The translations under genes and the position numbers were made by a program. Shown here in pieces: positions 40,112 through 50,842 of a stretch of DNA of 64,000 nucleotides. Position 1 is the stretch's first letter, and every line of letters starts with the position of its first letter. Under the pieces are notes generated by a model that made no database searches, was not told the origin of the DNA, and worked only from the letters and a program-made list of their open reading frames with translations. Origin of the DNA: Bacillota bacterium. Lineage in GTDB: Bacteria; Bacillota; Sulfobacillia; JAJZYS01; JAILZS01. Where the stretch lies: positions 2,659 to 66,658 of the forward strand of contig JAILZS010000002.1 in assembly GCA_023512375.1 (NCBI GenBank), written 5' to 3'.

Positions 40112-41833
40112 CTAGCGGCGGCGCCCCGGCCCGCCGGCCAGGCTGGCGAGGGCGCCCTCCGCCACCTCCCGCGCCTCCCGCAGGGTGACGGCCACCGCCG
40201 TCACCGCCCGCTCCACCGCCACCATGGCCAGGTCGGCGGGGGCGCTCAGGGGCGGCGCCGCCACGAGGGCCTCGACGGCGCTGAGGGTGGGGAGCGGCGC
40301 CAAGGGTAGGGCGGGGTCGGGTTCGAACCGGCCTCCGGCCGTGTAGCCCAGGCGGACCAGGCGGTGCGCGACGGCCCGTGCCGCTCTGGCCAGCGCAGGC
40401 GCCGGCGCGGCCTGGGCCGCCGCCATGAGCTCCTCGCACGCCGCCGTCAGGTCGGCGGCCCGGCGCCGGCACAGCGCCAGCTCCACCCGTCCCTGGGCGC
40501 GCTCCTCCCACGCCGCCACCGCCGCCTCCATGGCCCGTGCCCCCGCCGCCAGATCCACAGGCTCGACCGCCAGGGCGGCGGCATGGGCGGCCATGTGCCC
40601 GAGGAGGGCGGCGTCGCGCGCCAGCACCTGCCCGTCCAGGGCGTCGACCGTGTCGCCGGGCGTGTGCCGGAGGCCCGGCGAGGTCGCCTCCGTCCCCGGC
40701 GGTTGGCCGAACCGGCCGAGGGCGGAGGGCACGCCCGCCGCCCACAGGGAGCGGGCGGCACCCCCGCCGGGCCGGGACCCGGTCCACGCCTGGCGGGCCA
40801 CCTGTTCCACCGCGGCCCGCGCGAGGAAGCCCGTCTCCGCCATGGCCGGAAGGCGTCCCAGGTCGACGTTGCCCCGCCCTCCGGGTGAGTCCACCTCGAG
40901 GAAGAGGCCGCACCGCCCCTCGAGCTCCTCCCAGTGGGCGTCGGCGTACGCCTGGGCGCCGGCGTGGCCGCCGTCCTCCCCGCCCGACCAGGCCACCAGG
41001 CGCACCGCCCGCCTCAGCCGCGCGGCCTCGGGCTTGAGGGCGGCGGCCACCTCCGCCATGGCCGCAAGACCGGCGGCGTTGTCCATGGCGCCCGCGTACC
41101 AGGCGTCGGTATGCCCGCCCAGGAGCACGAAGCCCGCCTCCTCGGCCGCCGCGGCCGGGAGGTCGGCGGCCAAGACGGGCACGTCGCGCCAGCGCGTGTC
41201 CACGCCGGACGTCACGGACACGGTCGGCCCCCGGCCCTCCTCCGCACCCGCCTCGGCCACGCGAGCGGCGAAGGCCTCCGCCACCTCTCCCGCCAGCACG
41301 ACCACCGGCAGGTCGGTGAGGTTGCCCACCGTCCACGGCGTGGGGCTCCCCTGCACCGGGGATACCGAGAGCATGCGCGGGCCGGCGTCGGCGAGCGCGC
41401 ACACCAGGGCCGCCGCCCCCGCCGCCTGGGCCGAGGCGACCAGGGCGGGGGTGGGGAGGGAGGTGCGCGCCACCACCACCCGCCCCGCCCAGGCGGCGGG
41501 CGGCAGGCGATCGGCCGCCGCCGCCGGCCCCCGCCGATCGCTCGCCGGGCCGGAGAAGGCCGCGGCCACGCCCGGGTAGATGGTGCCGCCCACCCGCACC
41601 AGCGCCCGCCCCGGACGGCTGGTGAGGGCCCGGACCCGCCCCTCCCGCACGCTCCACCCGGCCGCCCGCAGGTCGTCGCCCAGGCGGGAGACCACCGCCG
41701 CCTCCGCGGGCGAGCCCGAGAGGCGACCGGGCTCCGCATACCGACCGGCCCGCCCGGCAAGGTCGGCGCCCGCCGTACGGCGCGCCACCACCTGGGCCAG
41801 GGAGAGGGCCTCCTCCGCCCGCCGCCCGTCCAT
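40112..41833 (-). CDS. M28 family peptidase (PA domain plus M28 aminopeptidase)
   Basis: GGHTDAWYAGAMDNAAGLAAM (M28 zinc-ligand motif H.D...G.DNA.G) and ...AWSGGEDGGHAG. ATG behind GGGAGGCGGGAAGG; the track ORF N-part is an alternate-frame extension. Confidence 0.7.
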   Translation of the reverse strand: MDGRRAEEALSLAQVVARRTAGADLAGRAGRYAEPGRLSGSPAEAAVVSRLGDDLRAAGWSVREGRVRALTSRPGRALVRVGGTIYPGVAAAFSGPASDRRGPAAAADRLPPAAWAGRVVVARTSLPTPALVASAQAAGAAALVCALADAGPRMLSVSPVQGSPTPWTVGNLTDLPVVVLAGEVAEAFAARVAEAGAEEGRGPTVSVTSGVDTRWRDVPVLAADLPAAAAEEAGFVLLGGHTDAWYAGAMDNAAGLAAMAEVAAALKPEAARLRRAVRLVAWSGGEDGGHAGAQAYADAHWEELEGRCGLFLEVDSPGGRGNVDLGRLPAMAETGFLARAAVEQVARQAWTGSRPGGGAARSLWAAGVPSALGRFGQPPGTEATSPGLRHTPGDTVDALDGQVLARDAALLGHMAAHAAALAVEPVDLAAGARAMEAAVAAWEERAQGRVELALCRRRAADLTAACEELMAAAQAAPAPALARAARAVAHRLVRLGYTAGGRFEPDPALPLAPLPTLSAVEALVAAPPLSAPADLAMVAVERAVTAVAVTLREAREVAEGALASLAGGPGRRR

Positions 41834-41856
41834 CCTTCCCGCCTCCCGTCGACGCC

Positions 41857-43299
41857 TCAGGTGGCGGCCGGCTGCGGCCGGCCCCCCTCCCCCTCGTGCC
41901 CGGCCGCGGCCACCAGGGGCGAGCGCACCGGAAGGCGCACCTCGAAGCGCGTCTCGCCCCCGCCCGAGTAGGCGGCCACGCCGCCCCCATGCGCCTCGGC
42001 CAAGGCGCGCACGATGGCCAGCCCCAGGCCGCTGCCGTGCGACCGCGCCCCCGGCACGAAGCGGTAGTAGCGGTCCCACACGCGAGAGAGCTCCTCCGGC
42101 GGGATGCCGGGCCCCGTGTCGGACACCGACAGGGTGGCCGTCCTCCCGTCGCCCGTCACGGCCACGGTGATCGTACCCCCGGGCGGCGTGTGCTGCACGG
42201 CGTTGGCCAAGAGGTTGGAGACGATCTGCACCACGCGGTCGCCGTCCGCCTCCACGTACACCGGGGAGGGGGGCATCTGGGCCCGCATGACGAGCCTCCT
42301 CTGGCGGATGGCGCTCTCCCACAGGAGGATGGCGCGCGACGTCAGCTCGCCCAGGGAGATCGTGCGGATGGCAAGGTCGAGGCGGCCCGCCTCGGACTTC
42401 GCCATGTCGAGCAGGTCCTCCAGGAGCCGGTTGAGGCGCGCCACCTCGTCCAGGCACTTCGTGCGGTACAGCTCGGCCCGGTCCGGGGGGACGGTCCCGT
42501 CCCCCAGCGCCTCGAGGAAGCCGCGCAAGGCGGTGAGGGGGGTACGGAGCTCGTGCGCCACGCTGGCCAGAAACTCGCGCCGCGCCACCTCCGCCGTCTC
42601 CAGGCCGGCCGCCATGGAGGACAGGGCTTGGGCGAGGTCGGCGTACTCGCGCGGCGAACGGACGGTCACCCGCGCCGCCAGGTCGCCCTGGGCGATGCGT
42701 CGGGCCATGTCCGCCAGGCGGGCGAGAGGGCGCGCCAGGCGCTGGGACTCCCAGGCCCATAGAAGCGAGCCCACCGCCAGCGCCGCCAGCCCGGCCGCCG
42801 CCACCCCCAGGAGGAGGGTGCGCGCCAGGTCGCGGCCCGCCACCGGCCGCGCCCACACGAGCACCCCCTGCACCCGCCCGCCCCACACGGCAGGCACCGC
42901 CTGCACGGCCAGCCGGCCCCCGCCCACGACGCCGCTCCACGTCGCGCCCTGCGCCGCCTGCGCCCGCACGCCGGCGGGGAGAAGGGCGGCGGTGGGGCGG
43001 GGGCGCCCGAGGGAGAACGCCCCCTCGCCACCGCGCAGGGGGAGGAAGGCCAGGCCGCCGCCCACCCGCGCCACAAGGGCGGAGAGGGCGCGCACGGCCC
43101 GGCCGCGCGCGCCGGGGTCGAGCGCCGCCTCGCCCGCCAGGGCGTCGGCCCGTACCAAGGCGGCCGACACCTGCCGGTCTGGCTGGCGCACGAAGTAGCC
43201 CCCCACGGCGCGCCAGACCAAGAACATCTCTAGCGCCACGGCCACCAGGAGGACGGCCGCCGCGTCCAGGAAGAGGCGGGCGCGCAGGCCGGTGACCAC
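41857..43299 (-). CDS. Two-component sensor histidine kinase
   Basis: Two TM segments, HAMP, an H-box LASVAHELRTPLTAL, and HATPase motifs (SVSDTGPGIPPEEL, GSGLGLAIV). Confidence 0.85.
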   Translation of the reverse strand: MVTGLRARLFLDAAAVLLVAVALEMFLVWRAVGGYFVRQPDRQVSAALVRADALAGEAALDPGARGRAVRALSALVARVGGGLAFLPLRGGEGAFSLGRPRPTAALLPAGVRAQAAQGATWSGVVGGGRLAVQAVPAVWGGRVQGVLVWARPVAGRDLARTLLLGVAAAGLAALAVGSLLWAWESQRLARPLARLADMARRIAQGDLAARVTVRSPREYADLAQALSSMAAGLETAEVARREFLASVAHELRTPLTALRGFLEALGDGTVPPDRAELYRTKCLDEVARLNRLLEDLLDMAKSEAGRLDLAIRTISLGELTSRAILLWESAIRQRRLVMRAQMPPSPVYVEADGDRVVQIVSNLLANAVQHTPPGGTITVAVTGDGRTATLSVSDTGPGIPPEELSRVWDRYYRFVPGARSHGSGLGLAIVRALAEAHGGGVAAYSGGGETRFEVRLPVRSPLVAAAGHEGEGGRPQPAAT

Positions 43300-43300
43300 G

Positions 43301-44032
43301 CTACGGGTCGGCCCCGCCGCCGGCCAAGGGCGCCGCAGCGGCGACGGCGAAGCGGTAGCCGATGCCCCACACGGCCTCGATCGCCACGTCGGGGCGCAGG
43401 CCCGCCCGCCGGTAGGCGACGAGGATCTTGCGCCTCAGCCGCGTCACGCAGGTGTCCACGGCGCGCTCGTCCACCTCCGCGTCGTAGCCCCACACCGCCT
43501 CGAGGAGCTGCCCGCGCGTGAACGGGTGGCCCACCCGCCCCGCCAGCACGCGCAGGACCTCGAACTCCTTGCGCGTCAAGGCCACCTCCGTTCCCGCCAC
43601 CTCGAGGCGCATCCCCTCGCCGTCGAAACGCAGGGCCCCCACCGCCAGGCGCGGCTGGTGGAGGCGGCCGCTGCGCCGAAGCAGCGCGCGCACCCGCGCC
43701 ACCAGCTCCTCCGGGGCGAAGGGCTTGACCACGTAGTCCTCCGCCCCCGAACGCAGGCCGGCGACGCGGTCCGCCACGTCCCCGCGGGCGCTGACGATGA
43801 GCACCGGCAGGTCGTGGCGGGCGACGATGCGCCGCAACACCTCCATGCCGTCCAGGTCGGGCAGCATGAGGTCGAGCACCACAAGGTCGAGGGGCTGGCG
43901 CTCGACGGCCGCGAGCGCCGCGCCCCCGGAGGCGGCGCGCACCACGGCGTACCCCTCGCGCGCCAGGTACATGCCGATGAGGTCCAGGATCTCCGCGTCG
44001 TCCTCGACCACCAGCACCGCAGGCGCCCGCAT
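43301..44032 (-). CDS. OmpR-family response regulator
   Basis: Receiver domain (VLVVEDD...DLVVLDLMLPDLDG...VKPF) plus a winged-helix domain (LTRKEFEVLRVLA...VWGYD). The start was set to MRAPAVLVVEDD. Confidence 0.85.
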   Translation of the reverse strand: MRAPAVLVVEDDAEILDLIGMYLAREGYAVVRAASGGAALAAVERQPLDLVVLDLMLPDLDGMEVLRRIVARHDLPVLIVSARGDVADRVAGLRSGAEDYVVKPFAPEELVARVRALLRRSGRLHQPRLAVGALRFDGEGMRLEVAGTEVALTRKEFEVLRVLAGRVGHPFTRGQLLEAVWGYDAEVDERAVDTCVTRLRRKILVAYRRAGLRPDVAIEAVWGIGYRFAVAAAAPLAGGGADP

Positions 44033-44188
44033 GGCCGTATCGCCCTCCGGCGCCAGCATACCCCTCCCCGGGCGCGAGGCAAGACGGCCGCCGTCCTTTA
44101 CCTCCCGCGGTCGCTTCTGGTAGCCTGGCTACCGCGCCGCCGCGCCGGATGGCGCGGCCGCCATCACCCGTGCAGGGGAGGAGTTCGC

Positions 44189-44794
44189 TTGGCCGTCACC
44201 GCCCGCGCCGCAGACCGCCCGGGCACGCTGGCCGACGCCCTCGTGGTGCGTTCGCTCGCGCGCGACGCCGCCCTGGTCCTGGGCACCGCCTTGTTCACCG
44301 CCGCCCTCGCCCAGGTGGAGATCCGCCTCGCCTTCACGCCCGTGCCCATCACGGGCCAGACGCTCGCCTTTCTCCTCTCGGGCGCCGCCCTGGGGGGCCG
44401 GCGCGGCGCCCTCTCCCAGATCCTCTACGTCCTCATGGGGACGGTGGGCCTGCCCTTCTTCGCCGGCGGCGCCCACGGCCTGGAGGTCCTCCTGGGGGCG
44501 AGCGGCGGCTACCTCGTCGGGGGCGTGGTGTGCGCCTACGCCGTGGGGCGCCTGGCCGAGCACGGCTTCGACCGCCGCGCCCTCACGGCCCTGGGGGCCA
44601 TGGCCGTGGGCGAGGTGTGCGTGTACGGCCCGGGCCTGGTCAACCTCGCCCGCTTCGTGCCCGCCGGACACCTCCTGGTGGACGGGCTCATCCCGTTCAT
44701 CCCCGGCGACGTCCTGAAGATGCTCATCGCCGCCGGCCTCTTGCCCCTCGCCTGGCGGGTGGTGGGCCGCCGCCCCCGCCCGGGCGCTGCCTGA
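44189..44794 (+). CDS. bioY: Biotin transporter BioY (ECF S-component)
   Basis: PITGQTLAFLLSGAALG...GGYLVGGVVCAYAVG...IPFIPGDVLKMLIAAGL. TTG start behind GGGGAGGAG. Confidence 0.75.
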   Translation: MAVTARAADRPGTLADALVVRSLARDAALVLGTALFTAALAQVEIRLAFTPVPITGQTLAFLLSGAALGGRRGALSQILYVLMGTVGLPFFAGGAHGLEVLLGASGGYLVGGVVCAYAVGRLAEHGFDRRALTALGAMAVGEVCVYGPGLVNLARFVPAGHLLVDGLIPFIPGDVLKMLIAAGLLPLAWRVVGRRPRPGAA

Positions 44795-44890
44795 CCCCTC
44801 GCCCACCTGCGGCCGCCGCCCGTACGGGCGGCGGCCTGTCTTCTACCCGCCCCCGCCCCCCCATACGGATGGAGGGACGGGAGGTGGCTT

Positions 44891-46408
44891 GTGGGCAGCA
44901 AGGTCGTGCGCGGGGCGGCGATCCTCCTGGTCGCCGGCGTGGCGGCGCGGGTGCTCGGCTTCTTCTACCGTGCCTACCTGGCGCGCGCCATCGGGGCCCA
45001 GGGCATGGGCCTCGTCGCCATGGCCTACCCCCTGTGGGGGATGGCCCTCAACCTCGCCTCCATGGGCATCCCGGTGGCCGTGGCCAAGGTGGTGGCGGAG
45101 CGCGCCGCCCTGCCCGAGCGCTCCCTCGAGAACGTCCTGCGCTTCGCCTTCGCCTTCGTCCTCGCCGCCGGGACGCTCCTCGCCGTCGCCCTGGTGTTCT
45201 CCGCCCCCTTCCTCACCCACCGCCTGCTCTCCGACCCGCGCTCCCTCTACCCCCTGCTGGCGGCCGTGCCCCTCGTCCTCGTCATCCCCGCCTCCCTCGT
45301 CCTGCGCGGCTACTTCCAGGGCCTGCAGGAGATGCACCCCCTGGCGGTCGCCACGGTGCTGGAGCAGGTGGTGCGGATCGCCGGCGTCGTCTACCTGGTG
45401 CGCTACTTCCTCCCCTACGGTCTGGCATGGGGGGCGGTGGGGGCGATGGTGGCCGTCGCCCTGGGGGAGGTGTCGGGCCTGGTCGTCCTCCTCGTCTTCT
45501 ACCGTCTCACGCCGCGCCCCCTCCGCCCCCCGCGCGAGCGCCGGGACGCCTTCGGCCCTACGGCGCGGGAGGTCCTCTCCCTCGGCACGCCGGTGACCGG
45601 CACGCGCATCGTCGGCTCGTTCACCGAGATCGCCGACGCCACCATCATCCCCCGCCGCCTGGAGGTCGCGGGCTTCACCCGCGACGCCGCCACCGCCTTC
45701 TACGGCAACCTGTCCGCCATGGCCATGCCCCTCGTCTACTTCCCCACCGTCCTCACCGGCGCCCTCGCCTCTGCCCTCATGCCGGCCATCTCCGAGGCGG
45801 AGGCGGCGCACGGCATGGAGGCGGTGCGCCGGCGCACGCAGCAGGCGCTGCACCTCACGTTCCTGGTCGCCTTCCCCGCCGCCACCCTGTACGTGGCCCT
45901 CGGCCACGAGCTGGGGCAGGTGATCTACGGCCAACGCCAGGTAGGGGCCATGCTCGTCCCCCTCTCCCTGGCCGCCCCCTGCCTGTACCTCGACAACACC
46001 CTCGCCGCCGTCCTGCGCGGCCTGGGTCGCCCCGCCCTGCCCATGCGCAACGGCCTGGTGGGCAGTTTCGTGCGCCTCGCCCTCATCTTCGCCCTCACCG
46101 GAGTGGTGGGGAGCGGCGCCAGCCTGGTGCTCTTCGCCTTCGCCCTCGACATCGCCGTCACGTGCGCCCTCGACACCCTGTCGGTGTGGCGCCTGGTGCG
46201 GCCGCGCCTGGCCTGGGGACCGTCGGTCGGCCTCCCCCTGGCGGCCTCCGCCCTCATGGCCCTCGCCTGCCGCGTGGGACTGGGCGTCCTGGGCTCGGCC
46301 GCGCGCGCCGCCCCACCCGCCGTGGCGACGGCGGTGGCGGCCGGCGTGGCGGTGTACGCCGCCGTCGTCTACCTCGCGGGCGGCCTTCGGGCCGCGGCGG
46401 CGTCGTGA
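44891..46408 (+). CDS. spoVB: Stage V sporulation protein B-like polysaccharide-biosynthesis/MOP-family flippase
   Basis: Closely resembles B. subtilis SpoVB (e.g. VLRGYFQGLQEMHPLAVATVLEQVVRI against SpoVB VLRGYFQGKQNMNPLAISQVLEQVVRI); 505 aa with 14 predicted TMs. Confidence 0.75.
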   Translation: MGSKVVRGAAILLVAGVAARVLGFFYRAYLARAIGAQGMGLVAMAYPLWGMALNLASMGIPVAVAKVVAERAALPERSLENVLRFAFAFVLAAGTLLAVALVFSAPFLTHRLLSDPRSLYPLLAAVPLVLVIPASLVLRGYFQGLQEMHPLAVATVLEQVVRIAGVVYLVRYFLPYGLAWGAVGAMVAVALGEVSGLVVLLVFYRLTPRPLRPPRERRDAFGPTAREVLSLGTPVTGTRIVGSFTEIADATIIPRRLEVAGFTRDAATAFYGNLSAMAMPLVYFPTVLTGALASALMPAISEAEAAHGMEAVRRRTQQALHLTFLVAFPAATLYVALGHELGQVIYGQRQVGAMLVPLSLAAPCLYLDNTLAAVLRGLGRPALPMRNGLVGSFVRLALIFALTGVVGSGASLVLFAFALDIAVTCALDTLSVWRLVRPRLAWGPSVGLPLAASALMALACRVGLGVLGSAARAAPPAVATAVAAGVAVYAAVVYLAGGLRAAAAS

Positions 46409-47382
46409 CGGCCGCGCGCCGCCGCGCCGCCGCCCTGGCCGCTGCGCTGGTCGTAGCGGCGGCGGGGTTCGCCCTTCTGCGCCGGCCCCCGGCGCGGCCG
46501 CCCCTCCCCTGCCCCCACCTGGCGGCCGTCCTCGCCGTACCGTCCCTGGAGGCGGCCCCCGTCCTCCTGGCGCGCCTCTCCCTGCCGGGCGGCGTCTGCC
46601 GCATCGCCGCCGCGGCGGAGGCGGCGGACACCGCCCCTCTCGCCGTGCTGCCGGGAGACGCCTTCCGCCCCGCCTCCGCCGCCCGCACCCGCTGGCTCCC
46701 GTTCCTGCTCGTGGCCCAGCGCGCCGCCTCCCTGCTCGTCGCGCGCGCCCCCGTGGCGCCGCACTTCCTGTGGCACTCCCTGTCGGGGCAGACGGTCGTC
46801 CTCTCGCCCGCGGCGGGCGACTTGGGGGGCGTCGTCGTGACGGCCATGGTGGCCGTGCACGCCGTCGACGGCGTCGCCCTGTTGCGCGGCCTGGGCGAGA
46901 GAGCCTTCGTCGCCGGCACGGGGGCCTACGCCGAGCTGCCCCTGTGGCCGGCCGAGGCCCTCCTCCTGGCCGGGCGCGCCCACCCGGCGGCCGACCTCGC
47001 CATCCAGGGCGGGCCCCTGCCCGCCGCCGTGCTCGCCGCCCGTCCCGCCTTCGCCCGCCGCCACCCGCGCCTTCTGGCCGCCATCGCCGTCGCCGTGTAC
47101 GGGGCCGAGTTGCGCCTGGACCGCCTCGGCGGCCGCCTGGCCGACGCCTGGCCGACGCCCCTTGCGCCCGCCGCCCGCCGCGCCCTGGCCGCCGCCCTGG
47201 CGCGCGCCCGCTACGCCGGCGTCTGGCCCTCGGACCCGCGCCTCGACGCCGCCCTGTTCACGCGCCTGGACGTTCTCCTGCAGGGGGCGGGCCTGGTCCC
47301 CGTCGGCCCGCCCCCCGCCGCCCTCGCCTGGCCGGCGGAGGCGGCCATGCGCCGCCTCGCCCCCGTCCCCCAGGCGGGCTAG
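46405..47382 (+). CDS. Hypothetical protein with N-terminal membrane anchor, translationally coupled to spoVB
   Basis: The GTG start overlaps the spoVB TGA (GTGA). It has an N-terminal TM (AAALAAALVVAAAGFALL), is about 325 aa, and has no motif I recognise. Confidence 0.35.
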   Translation: MTAARRRAAALAAALVVAAAGFALLRRPPARPPLPCPHLAAVLAVPSLEAAPVLLARLSLPGGVCRIAAAAEAADTAPLAVLPGDAFRPASAARTRWLPFLLVAQRAASLLVARAPVAPHFLWHSLSGQTVVLSPAAGDLGGVVVTAMVAVHAVDGVALLRGLGERAFVAGTGAYAELPLWPAEALLLAGRAHPAADLAIQGGPLPAAVLAARPAFARRHPRLLAAIAVAVYGAELRLDRLGGRLADAWPTPLAPAARRALAAALARARYAGVWPSDPRLDAALFTRLDVLLQGAGLVPVGPPPAALAWPAEAAMRRLAPVPQAG

Positions 47383-47383
47383 C

Positions 47384-47875
47384 TCAGCCGGTGCGGTGGG
47401 TCATGAGGAACACCGCCCGCGCCGCCTTCCCGGGCGTCCGCCGCACCATCCTTCCCTCGCGCACAAAGCCGCTGGCGAGATAACAGCGGATGGCGCGCCG
47501 GTTGTCGGCGCGCACGCGCAGGTACACCTCCTGCACCCCGAGGGAGGCGCGGGCGTACGCCACGGCCTGGCGCACGGCCTCGCGCCCGTACCCGCGGCCG
47601 CGGGCGTCGGCCTGCCCGATGGCGATGACGAGCTCGGCCCGCCCGTCCTCCGACACGTCCACCAAGGCGGCGCCACCGATGAGGGCGCCGTCGGAGGCGC
47701 GCTCGATGCCCAGCGTGACGGGCGCGTGCGGCACGCGCCCGCCCATCCATTCGGCCACCTCCGGGTCCCGCAGCCACCGCCGCCAGGCGGCGCGATGCTC
47801 GGCCGCGCTCAAGGGCCTCAGGCGCACCCGCGCCCCGCCCTCCGCCGCCTCGCCCTCCGCGCGCCCCTGTCCCAT
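47384..47875 (-). CDS. GNAT family N-acetyltransferase (RimJ/RimL-like)
   Basis: Acetyl-CoA binding motif (IAIGQADARGRGYGREAVRQAVAYA) and ...NRRAIRCYLASGF. The start was set to an internal ATG. Confidence 0.7.
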   Translation of the reverse strand: MGQGRAEGEAAEGGARVRLRPLSAAEHRAAWRRWLRDPEVAEWMGGRVPHAPVTLGIERASDGALIGGAALVDVSEDGRAELVIAIGQADARGRGYGREAVRQAVAYARASLGVQEVYLRVRADNRRAIRCYLASGFVREGRMVRRTPGKAARAVFLMTHRTG

Positions 47876-48042
47876 GCGCCATCGATTCGCCCGCCCCCGC
47901 CCGCCTACCTTGCGCCCGGGAGCCGGTAGATGTTGGGGGCGCACCGCCCGCCCGCGCTATACTGGGACCGGTCGCGCCGGCCGGGCCGGGCCGGCGCCGC
48001 GTCGAGCGGATCCTTCGCGCCGGGGGGATGGAAGTGGCGGCG

Positions 48043-48303
48043 ATGACCCTGACGGGCGACGCGCGCACGGTGATGGAGAGCATGGGACGGTTCATGAACC
48101 GCGACTACGCGCGCGCCGTGGGAGGGGAGGACCTCTTGCGCTGGACGGGGCTCGAGCCGCGCGCGCTGGCGGAGGCGGTGCGCGCCCTGGCCGAGCGTCC
48201 CCACCCATACGTGCGGGCGGTCTTCCACCCCGACGACCCGGACCGGCTGGTGGAGGTGCGCCTCACGGTCGACGGCGAGATGTACTGCCGCTCGCGCGAC
48301 TGA
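48043..48303 (+). CDS. Small hypothetical protein (~86 aa)
   Basis: MTLTGDARTVMESMGRFMNRDYARAVGGEDLLRWTGLEPRALAEAVRALAERPHPYVRAVFHPDDPDRLVEVRLTVDGEMYCRSRD, preceded by a TTGGGG-N19-TATACT promoter-like motif and convergent with lon. Confidence 0.35.
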   Translation: MTLTGDARTVMESMGRFMNRDYARAVGGEDLLRWTGLEPRALAEAVRALAERPHPYVRAVFHPDDPDRLVEVRLTVDGEMYCRSRD

Positions 48304-48321
48304 CGGGCAACAAGGGCGTCG

Positions 48322-50730
<2,409 letters not shown>

Positions 50731-50758
50731 CGCGTTCACCCCCCGGCGATTGGCGCCG

Positions 50759-50767
50759 ATTATAGCA
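50759..50767 (-). promoter_or_regulatory. Extended -10 element TGcTATAAT upstream of lon
   Basis: The minus strand reads GTGTGCTATAATCGG about 25 nt upstream of the proposed lon TTG start. No good -35 was found. Confidence 0.35.
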
Positions 50768-50842
50768 CACGCCAACGGCCGGCCCGGCGCAAGCACAGGC
50801 GTACCCCGCGCGGCGGGTCGACGCCCGCGGTCCTAGCGGAGG

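Noticed and set aside
44149-47382. 1077-aa plus-strand ORF.
   Set aside because: Composite of at least three genes in one frame with no stop: bioY (44189..44794), an alternate-frame read through spoVB, and the coupled downstream ORF (46405..47382). Similarly 14789..17479 fuses an out-of-frame read of glcF with glcD.
50731-50796. ATG start of lon given by the ORF track (MLAPGRPLACAIIGANRRG...).
   Set aside because: These codons lie upstream of and across the TGcTATAAT -10 element. The Lon N-domain consensus (YPLLPLRG) begins right after an in-frame TTG with a G-rich RBS, so the shorter start is preferred.
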